Origin: Thermoflexales bacterium | GTDB taxonomy: Bacteria > Chloroflexota > Anaerolineae > B4-G1 | Assembly: GCA_007123205.1 (NCBI GenBank) | Contig: SKLM01000304.1 | Coordinates: 1 to 38,621 of the forward strand | Length of the DNA stretch: 38,621 nucleotides | Direction: 5' to 3' | Shown here: one piece after another, positions 29,286 to 35,923 of the stretch | How the letters are laid out: the number at the start of each line of letters is the position of its first letter | Numbering within the stretch: position 1 is the stretch's first letter | Program-made: the position numbers and the translations under genes | The notes under the pieces: model-generated | Database searches by the model: none | The model's input: the letters and a program-made list of their open reading frames with translations, nothing else | Told to the model about the DNA's origin: nothing

Positions 29286-29313
29286 TTGCCCTCTCGCCCC
29301 GTCTGGGTAGAAT
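29286..29313 (+). promoter_or_regulatory. Candidate promoter for the ThiS/MoaD-like gene
   Basis: TTGCCC (29286-29291), 16 nt, TAGAAT (29308-29313), about 105 nt before the ATG. Confidence 0.4.
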
Positions 29314-29420
29314 CTGGGAGCCGTACGGCGTTGGAACCTCCGGGGCGCGGGGGTTGGAGCCGGGTCAGGACGGGGGGCCGCAGAAGACCTCGTCGGGTCC
29401 CTTTTTGCTGGAGCAGACCG

Positions 29421-29609
29421 ATGAGAATCCGTTACCGGGACAAGGAATGGGAACTGGAAGGTGAGCGGACCGTCCGTGAGGCGATCAAGGCAGTGGGGCT
29501 CACCCCAGAGACGGTGGTCGCCGTGCGTGATGGCCGGGTATTGAGTCAGGGGACGCTGCTGGAGGAAGGGGAAGAGATCAAGCTTCTGGCCGTGATCACG
29601 GGAGGTTAG
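29421..29609 (+). CDS. ThiS/MoaD-family ubiquitin-like sulfur-carrier protein (C-terminal Gly-Gly)
   Basis: 62 aa, MRIRYRDKEWELEGERTVREAIKAVGLTPETVVAVRDGRVLSQGTLLEEGEEIKLLAVITGG, with the stop directly after GG. GGAG lies 7 nt upstream of the ATG. Confidence 0.7.
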   Translation: MRIRYRDKEWELEGERTVREAIKAVGLTPETVVAVRDGRVLSQGTLLEEGEEIKLLAVITGG

Positions 29610-29645
29610 TGCTCAACCACGCTTGTCATTCCGAGGAGCGGCGTG

Positions 29646-29671
29646 ACGAGGAATCCCCCTCTTCGCCACCG
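29646..29671. repeat. 26-nt dispersed direct repeat, copy 1
   Basis: acgaggaatccccctcttcgccaccg, 25/26 identical to 29867-29892. gtcattccg also occurs twice (29625 and 29782). Confidence 0.85.
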
Positions 29672-29688
29672 AGGGGCTGGGGATGGGA

Positions 29689-29715
29689 CGCAGATTTGCG
29701 CAGATCTTCGCAGAT
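29689..29715. repeat. Three helically phased copies of cgcagat (10-bp period), with a fourth at 29744
   Basis: cgcagatttg cgcagatctt cgcagatgga, then cgcagatgtg at 29744-29753. Confidence 0.8.
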
Positions 29716-29866
29716 GGATACAATCGCTAAGAGCGCAGATGTGCACTGAACGCACTAGAGAGACAGCGAAGCCCCATAGCGGTCATTCCGGGTGATCCAT
29801 AGCGCGCACACCACTCAGAATGCGAGTACCTCGGATTGCAGCTGGAGTTACGTGGTAGCATCAGCA

Positions 29867-29892
29867 ACGAGGAATCTCCCTCTTCGCCACCG
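29867..29892. repeat. 26-nt dispersed direct repeat, copy 2
   Basis: acgaggaatctccctcttcgccaccg. Confidence 0.85.
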
Positions 29893-30044
29893 CGGCAACC
29901 CGCGACCTCCGCTCCGGGCGGATCCGATTTGCGGGGCATATGGCACCCATGTGGTAGACGCGCTGCCACAGTCAGCCCGGCTATGCTGCTGCCTGGAGCG
30001 TGGCCGGAGCGGAGCGAGTGGTACTCGATCCTCTTGCGTGTGAT

Positions 30045-31184
30045 CTAATCCCAGATGCCCGGGATCTGGTGACGGCACGAGGGACACCCACCGTCCTCAA
30101 TCTGGTTGGAGATGACCTGGTAGTGAACCCTCTCAATGAGGAGCTGGCCACACTGGGGACAGAAAGTGGAGTTTGCCCGGTGACCCGGAACGTTGCCGAT
30201 CGTCACGTACTCCAGTCCTGCCTGGGAAGCTATCTCTGCAGCCTTCTCCAGGGTCGCAATGGGAGTGGGCGGCAGTCTGGTCAGCTTGTAGGCGGGGAAG
30301 AATCGGCTGAAGTGGACCGGCACGTCGGTCCCGAGCTCGTCTCTGATCCACGAAGCCATCTCCGCTATACCCTCCAGATCATCGTTGAGGGTGGGGATGA
30401 TCAAGTTGGTGATCTCAAACCAGACCCCTTCTGCTTTCATGATCTGGAGAGCGGTTAGCACCGGTTTCAGTTCAGAGAATGACGTGTGCTCGTAGAAGTC
30501 CGCGCTGAAGGCCTTCAGATCAACGCACACAGCATCCATGTGTCGCAAGAGTGCCCGCAGAGGCTCGGGGTTGATCGCCCCATTGGTGTGGAAGAGCGTT
30601 TTTAGCCCTTCCTGTTGAGCTCGCTCGGCGACATCGACCATGTATTCATAGAACACGGTTGGCTCGTTGATGGTGCAGGAAATGGACTGGCAGTTTCTCT
30701 CACCTGCCAGCTGAACCACCTGCATAGGAGATAGCTCAACCGCGTCGATCTCCTCCGGCAGTTTCGTCGCGACGTGCCAGTTGTGGCAAAAACTGCACAT
30801 AAAATTGCAGCCCGCCGTGTAGAGCGCCAGGTTCCGATGGCCAGGAAGCATATGGTAGATCGGTTCTAGCTCCACCGGGTCAACCTGGGTGCCAGCCGCC
30901 TTTCCATAGACTAGAGAGAAGAGCACGCCGTCCCGATTCTCCCTGACTCCACAGTACCCTCTTCCTCCCTCGGGAATCGCGCAGTTTCTGAAACAGAGCT
31001 GGCATTGGACCATCTTCCTGTCGAGTGCTGTCCAGTAACTGGCTTCGTGGAGGCGTTCTGGACGAAGGGAGGACGCATTACCAAAGATAGACATCCGCGA
31101 CGCCACCTTCCCTCCGATGACAGCAGCCGATGTCAGGGCCGCCATCTTGATGAACCCCCTTCTGGTCAAGCAGATCCTCCTCAC
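30045..31184 (-). CDS. AmmeMemoRadiSam-type (PflA-like) radical SAM enzyme with a Tat-like N-terminus (paralog 1)
   Basis: GTG start with GGAGG 6 nt upstream. N-terminal LTRRGFIKMAALTSAAVIGG. N-terminal Cys cluster CQLCFRNCAIPEGGRGYCGVREN. Radical SAM CX3CX2C motif GCNFMCSFCHNW. C-terminal zinc ribbon CPQCGQLL...CPSC. Confidence 0.85.
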   Translation of the reverse strand: MRRICLTRRGFIKMAALTSAAVIGGKVASRMSIFGNASSLRPERLHEASYWTALDRKMVQCQLCFRNCAIPEGGRGYCGVRENRDGVLFSLVYGKAAGTQVDPVELEPIYHMLPGHRNLALYTAGCNFMCSFCHNWHVATKLPEEIDAVELSPMQVVQLAGERNCQSISCTINEPTVFYEYMVDVAERAQQEGLKTLFHTNGAINPEPLRALLRHMDAVCVDLKAFSADFYEHTSFSELKPVLTALQIMKAEGVWFEITNLIIPTLNDDLEGIAEMASWIRDELGTDVPVHFSRFFPAYKLTRLPPTPIATLEKAAEIASQAGLEYVTIGNVPGHRANSTFCPQCGQLLIERVHYQVISNQIEDGGCPSCRHQIPGIWD

Positions 31185-31323
31185 CGTTCACCTCCGCGTA
31201 TGCTCAGTCCAGGCACAGCGACTGTTGCCAGGTACCGAGGACAGCAGCAGTCGCCTGGCACGCTCCAAAACCCTCCAGCGACGAAGGGAAGGTCTCGAGC
31301 CAACCGGGACTCCGGGGCATCTC

Positions 31324-33606
31324 CTACGCCACCCCAATCAGCAAGGCCAGGCTGGCCAGCTTGAAGATGACGACGGTCAGACAGGTCCCCCTGATCCCGA
31401 GAATCGGGATGAGAAACACGCTGGTCAATAGGGCACCGAACACGGCGCCTGTCAGATCAGACGCATAGAGGCCGCCAGCCACCCGCCCAAAGCCTCCCTG
31501 GCTCGTCCCCAGGTAGATCTTGTTTGCCAGGGGGAATTGCAGACCCACCAGCAACCCGGCCAGGCAGTTCAGCAGAGTAAGGGGCGTTTCCTGTGGCAAT
31601 AGTCGAGACAGATCAGCGATCTCGGGAAGACGCATCACAAGGAACGGAAGTAAGATCGCGTAGCCAATAATGGCCACCTCTGTGCTGACCAGGGCACGCA
31701 CGTCCCTCCTCACGTTCTCCACGATCCCGGCCATAGCCAGTGCACCCAGAGCCAGCCCCAGCATAAAGGCGGCAACCAGGACACCGATTCGCTGATAGAG
31801 AAGGCCGTGGAAGATCTGAAACACGAGCATCAGGACGATGTTGAGCGTCATCCCGGCGAAACCGGTGGAGGCTATGGCGAGGATCACCGCCGCGTTTCTG
31901 AACCGTGCCTCTCCCGCTTTGCGTCTGATCGCCGTCAGGACAAGGACCAGGAGGGCCGCGGGGGTCAACGCCCACCACAGGTCCAGCCCGGACATCCAAG
32001 CGAAGAAACGGCCCCAAGCCGGATAGAACATCGCGTTCCAGAGCGCCAGATTGTGGTAGGTGGCGATGGGCCGCAGATCGCGGTTGATCGGGGCCTGATC
32101 CGCCAGATAGGGGATCAGAAGGCGCTCAGTCCGTTCCGGCGAAAGCCGGTACTTAAGATACGGGACGTTGAGGAGCCTCGTCTCCAAGTCCCTTTCCTCG
32201 AACCGGTGCGGAATCTCGCCCGGTTCGAGAGCAGAAGGCGAGGCCAGGAGAACCGTCCAGTCCCCAGGGATCACCGAGACGTGCGAAAAAACCGCGCTGG
32301 TGGTTTCGTAGATGGATCGGTTGTGCTCAATCATCTCTCTGCTCATATAGGCCTCGGAGGCTGGAACGCCAAAGGAGAAGACACCCTCCAGACTCAAGCG
32401 CTCAACGACCTCCTGGAAGAACTCCTTCGTGTAAGCGCGGTTCAGCTGCAGAGTAGAGGGAGGAGGCAGGCTGACAATGATGACATCGTATTCCTCCCGC
32501 GCATGCCTGACGAACACCCGAGCGTCGGTATGGATGATCCGTACTCTTGGATCATCCAGAGCCTGCGCGCTGGAGTACTTCCGAGCTGCCTCAATCATCA
32601 GGGGGTCGAGCTCAACGTAGTCCACTCTGTCGATCGGATGCTTCAGGATTTCCTCCAGGACCCCACCGATTCCCCCACCGACGAGGAGGACCGCTTGCGG
32701 CGCAGGATGAGAGAGCAAGGGGTAGTGGGCCATCTCCTCGACGAAGACGATATCTGGATCCGGGCTCGTGAAGGCCAGGAGCCCGCTGAAGTAGAAGCTG
32801 GTTTGCCCCTCGCTTTCGGTAGCGGCGATATTCCCGTAGACCGAATCTTGATGGTGAACCAGATGGTATCCTTTCCATTGCCATTCGCGAGAGAGTTGCT
32901 CTACCCGATCGAGGTTCCCAGAAAGCCATGATTGGACACCCAGGCCCAGGATGAGGATGATCGGGCCAACCAGAAATCTGGTCAGAAGTTCTTGTGGCTG
33001 CTGCCAGGGCCTGAGCAGAATAACCCCCGCCATCAGATTCAAGAGAACTGCGAGCAGGGCTATCTCGAAGGCATGAAAGCGGTGAACCAACAGGTAGGTG
33101 AACCCAGCGCCACCTATCATGCACCCCAGCGCTTCAGCCACGTAGATCTTGCCGACCTCCCTGGCCGGCGTCTCAGCTCCGGCCGCCAAAATCCGGCAGC
33201 CAAGGGCAAACTGAGCACCGATCAGCACACAGACGGGAGCCAGAAGCAGGAAGGAGGAGTAGAGGATCGGCAGGAGGCCAACCATCTCGCCAGGCTTGAC
33301 CCCGATCAGGTTGTTGATGCCTCTAGCCAGGAGGATCTGAACCGGCAGAATCAGGCAGAAGAGGATCTGGGTGATCACGAACACGGAGGCCCGAGCCGGG
33401 ACGCGGTCAGCAGCTCTTCCCAGAGTCCAGCTTCCGACAGCAATCAGGAAGAGCCAATTGGCAAGGATCACGCCCAGAGCAAGCTCGTTGCCCTGAAAGT
33501 TGGTCATCAGCTCTCTGATCATCAGGACCTGAGAGACCGTCTCGCCGAAGCCAACTGCCAGGAAAGCCAGAATCAGCGGCTTCACCTTCACTCTCTCATC
33601 TCCCAC
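31324..33606 (-). CDS. Polytopic membrane protein with a central spermidine-synthase-fold domain (fused MFS/spermidine synthase family)
   Basis: About 7 N-terminal and 5-6 C-terminal hydrophobic helices flank a Rossmann domain, VLLVGGGIGGVLEEILKH...VDYVELDP...YDVIIVSLPPPS...YTKEFFQ. This aligns with the SpeE motifs GGGDGG / E(I/L)D / D(V/I)II.DS.DP. Confidence 0.82.
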   Translation of the reverse strand: MGDERVKVKPLILAFLAVGFGETVSQVLMIRELMTNFQGNELALGVILANWLFLIAVGSWTLGRAADRVPARASVFVITQILFCLILPVQILLARGINNLIGVKPGEMVGLLPILYSSFLLLAPVCVLIGAQFALGCRILAAGAETPAREVGKIYVAEALGCMIGGAGFTYLLVHRFHAFEIALLAVLLNLMAGVILLRPWQQPQELLTRFLVGPIILILGLGVQSWLSGNLDRVEQLSREWQWKGYHLVHHQDSVYGNIAATESEGQTSFYFSGLLAFTSPDPDIVFVEEMAHYPLLSHPAPQAVLLVGGGIGGVLEEILKHPIDRVDYVELDPLMIEAARKYSSAQALDDPRVRIIHTDARVFVRHAREEYDVIIVSLPPPSTLQLNRAYTKEFFQEVVERLSLEGVFSFGVPASEAYMSREMIEHNRSIYETTSAVFSHVSVIPGDWTVLLASPSALEPGEIPHRFEERDLETRLLNVPYLKYRLSPERTERLLIPYLADQAPINRDLRPIATYHNLALWNAMFYPAWGRFFAWMSGLDLWWALTPAALLVLVLTAIRRKAGEARFRNAAVILAIASTGFAGMTLNIVLMLVFQIFHGLLYQRIGVLVAAFMLGLALGALAMAGIVENVRRDVRALVSTEVAIIGYAILLPFLVMRLPEIADLSRLLPQETPLTLLNCLAGLLVGLQFPLANKIYLGTSQGGFGRVAGGLYASDLTGAVFGALLTSVFLIPILGIRGTCLTVVIFKLASLALLIGVA

Positions 33607-33618
33607 CTCTTCGTCCCG

Positions 33619-34764
33619 CTACTTCCAGATCCCGGGAATGGGGTGGCCACAGAACTGACACGCTCCGTCCTGGACATGGTTGCCCAGCACGCTGAAATGG
33701 ACCCTCTCAATCAGGATCCGGCCGCACTCGGGGCAGTACGTCGAGTTGGCCATATGCCCCGGGACATTGCCGATATAGACGTATTCGAGTCCTGCCGCCA
33801 GGGCGATATCCCGGGCCTTCTCCAGCGTCTCAACTGGAGTAGGCGGCAGTCGAGTCTGCTTATAGGCGGGGAAGAACCTGGTGAAATGGAGCGGGACTCC
33901 TGGCCCCATCTCATCTCTGATCCAGAGGCACATCTCTCCGATTCTGTCCAGGTCATCGTTCAAGGTCGGGATAATCAGGTTGACGATCTCGCACCAGGTC
34001 CCTTGCTCCTCAATCACCTTCAAGGTGGTCAAAACCGGCTCCATGCGGGCGTGGGAGACGGTCGTTTGGTAGAACTCGCTGGTAAACGCCTTGAGATCCA
34101 CGTTGACGGCGTCCAGATGGGGAAGAAGCTCCTTAAGGGGGTCAGGGCTCATCGCGCCATTCGTGTTGAGGAGGGTTCGCAGGCCCCTGTTGCGGGCCAG
34201 CCTGGCGATGTCGTACATATACTCGTAGAAGATGGTCGGTTCCGTGTAGGTAAAGGCGACGAACTCCAGGTTGTTCTCCACTGCCACGTCCACGGCCTCT
34301 TCTGGGGACAGGTCGTGGCTCTCCACTTCTTCGGGAGCCCGGGTGGCGATCTCCCAGTTATGACAGAAGCTGCATCTGAAGTTACAGCCGGCCGTGGCCA
34401 GGTTGAGACGCAGGCTGCCGGGGACGACGTGATAGAGGGCCAGTTTCTCCATCGGAGAACCGGGGGTGACGGAGCACGGCCTCCCATAGACCAGGGAGTA
34501 GAGGGTTCCGCGCCGATTCTCCCTGACGCCACAGAATCCCCTTCCGCCCTCGCGAATGGTGCAGTTTCTGAAGCAGAGCTGGCACTGAACCGTGTTTCCC
34601 TCGAGTCGTGTCCAGTGTCTTGCTTCTCCAGAGGGCTCCAGGCCAGGGGGCGACCGAGAACTCATGGGACTCCTGCGGCATGCAATCTTCCCGCCGACCG
34701 CGGCGAGAGAGGTCAAGGCCGCGATCCTGATGAACCCTCTTCTCGTCAGTCCGGTTCTACCCAT
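33619..34764 (-). CDS. AmmeMemoRadiSam-type radical SAM enzyme with a Tat-like N-terminus (paralog 2)
   Basis: Start at MGRTGLTRRGFIRIAAL (ATG 34762-34764, GGAGGGAG upstream). Contains CQLCFRNCTIREGGRGFCGVREN, GCNFRCSFCHNW and CPECGRIL...CQFC. The track ORF extends to 34881. Confidence 0.85.
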   Translation of the reverse strand: MGRTGLTRRGFIRIAALTSLAAVGGKIACRRSPMSSRSPPGLEPSGEARHWTRLEGNTVQCQLCFRNCTIREGGRGFCGVRENRRGTLYSLVYGRPCSVTPGSPMEKLALYHVVPGSLRLNLATAGCNFRCSFCHNWEIATRAPEEVESHDLSPEEAVDVAVENNLEFVAFTYTEPTIFYEYMYDIARLARNRGLRTLLNTNGAMSPDPLKELLPHLDAVNVDLKAFTSEFYQTTVSHARMEPVLTTLKVIEEQGTWCEIVNLIIPTLNDDLDRIGEMCLWIRDEMGPGVPLHFTRFFPAYKQTRLPPTPVETLEKARDIALAAGLEYVYIGNVPGHMANSTYCPECGRILIERVHFSVLGNHVQDGACQFCGHPIPGIWK

Positions 34765-34837
34765 GATCTCCCTCCCTCTGTCTGTGGCTGCGGAGGCATG
34801 TCGCCCGGCGGTGGTGGTGTAGCGGTGTTGGATCCCT

Positions 34838-34867
34838 ATTCTACCCTGAAGTAGCCCTTCGGCGCAA
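34838..34867 (-). promoter_or_regulatory. Candidate promoter of the radical SAM cassette
   Basis: Minus strand reads TTGCGC (34862-34867), 18 nt, TAGAAT (34838-34843), about 70 nt upstream of the paralog-2 start. Confidence 0.3.
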
Positions 34868-34980
34868 GGCTGAGTGTCCATTCATCGACCGGTCTGCCGA
34901 AGGCGCCGCGGAGTCGCGTTCGGGCGCCTGTCTGTCCTGGTGATACAGCGCGTCTGCCGATTGACCACAGAACTGGTTGT

Positions 34981-35426
34981 CACTCCTGCTCGCCTCTCCC
35001 CGACGCCCAGCGCCTGTGCATGGTCTACCATACCCATTCTCCCTTGCGCCCACACCCGCGATCCGGGCAGGATCGAACCTGGACACCTGATCAGTTCAGG
35101 TTCAGTCCGGCTGCTCGCCGGCCCAGAAAGGCCGCATAGAGCGGGTGGAATCGATAGGCATCGTCGCCGCTCTCGGCCGTGACAAAGAGATTCGGCGCCG
35201 CCCGCATCTCGAGTGTCGCCTGCCCATCCGCGCGCCCGGTGACCGCATTGCAGGCGGCCACATCGCGCGTCTCCCGGTGCGCGGTGGCGAGCAGAAAGGC
35301 GCGCACCGGCACCGGCCGGACGTCGTACCAGATCGTCTGATCGTTCCCTGACGTGACGCGCCAGGCGCCGAACGCGATCAGTGCCACCAGCGGACTGAAG
35401 ATGAGCATCACCGGAGAGAGGATCAT
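34981..35426 (-). pseudogene. Frameshifted internal fragment of a MalT/LAL-type (STAND ATPase-LuxR) regulator
   Basis: Frame of ORF 35091-35426: RAFLLATAHRETRDVAACNAVTGRADGQATLEMRAAPNLFVTAESGDDAYRFHPLYAAFLG, compared with the LAL pattern FLL.TS.L..L...LC.AVTG......L..LE..NLF...LD....WYRYH.LF..FL. After the stop the similarity continues in another frame (RVWAQGRMGMVDHAQALGVGERRAG). The N-terminal ATPase and C-terminal TPR/HTH parts are absent. Confidence 0.5.
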
Positions 35427-35473
35427 CTCGGTGAGCTTGTAGTGAGTGAACAGACAGATGGAGTCTCGTGGTT

Positions 35474-35923
35474 CTAGTAGTCCGGGTCTTCGCTCGAACT
35501 TGCTCTACTCGCCAACCATCGCCGGACGGACCTGACAGATCGCTCCAAGTCCTCAAGACGATGCACGGCCTTGTACACTTCGCCCCAATCGACAGCCACA
35601 CACTCGTGCACTAGGGCATTAGGGAAGCCGGCCACGGGCGCCAGTTGCCGAGCGAAGTCCGCCTGCAAGACACCCAACCCGCCCATGCTTAAAGTGGCAT
35701 CGTAGTCGTCGATTGGCTTCCGAGCACCTTCTATGGAGATGATGCGGTGGCTGATGTCGATGCAGCACCGGGCCGAGACCTCAAGGTTGCGTTCTATGCC
35801 GTCACGCAGGTAGGGGTCTTTGTGGACCTCAATCCGTGGCCTGTCGATGAGCGGCTTCAACCTGACCAAGCGGTCGCTCAGTTCGTCTAAGCGTCGCTCG
35901 ATACCGGCGAACTCGGCGGTCAT
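35474..35923 (-). CDS. DUF86/HEPN-domain protein (HepT-like toxin homolog)
   Basis: ERNLEVSARCCIDISHRII and GFPNALVHECVAVDW match the DUF86 layout, with P in place of the R-x4-H arginine. AAGGAG at 35930-35935 gives 6-nt spacing to the ATG at 35921-35923. Confidence 0.72.
   Translation of the reverse strand: MTAEFAGIERRLDELSDRLVRLKPLIDRPRIEVHKDPYLRDGIERNLEVSARCCIDISHRIISIEGARKPIDDYDATLSMGGLGVLQADFARQLAPVAGFPNALVHECVAVDWGEVYKAVHRLEDLERSVRSVRRWLASRASSSEDPDY

Noticed and set aside
32932-34854. 640-aa plus-strand ORF (and 31807-32931, 374 aa) lying opposite the membrane protein and rSAM genes
   Set aside because: These are shadow ORFs antisense to genes with clear family signatures. Their sequence is low-complexity and rich in Gly, Arg, Gln, Asp and Pro, with no motifs. 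This is typical of GC-rich DNA lacking stop codons on the opposite strand.
35058-35100. tRNA T-arm-like sequence (minus strand caggttcgatcctg) that could indicate a tRNA gene or an att site
   Set aside because: The stem is only 4 bp with a 6-nt loop. The adjacent acctga-actga-tcaggt hairpin has a 5-nt loop, not an anticodon loop. No D-arm or acceptor pairing could be built. It lies inside the LAL pseudogene frame.
34882-35601. 239-aa minus-strand ORF spanning the LAL relic and the HEPN gene 3' end
   Set aside because: It is Arg-rich and overlaps the DUF86 gene in another frame. Only a short internal stretch (34981-35060) resembles LAL proteins, which I interpret as the frameshifted continuation of the pseudogene rather than a gene.
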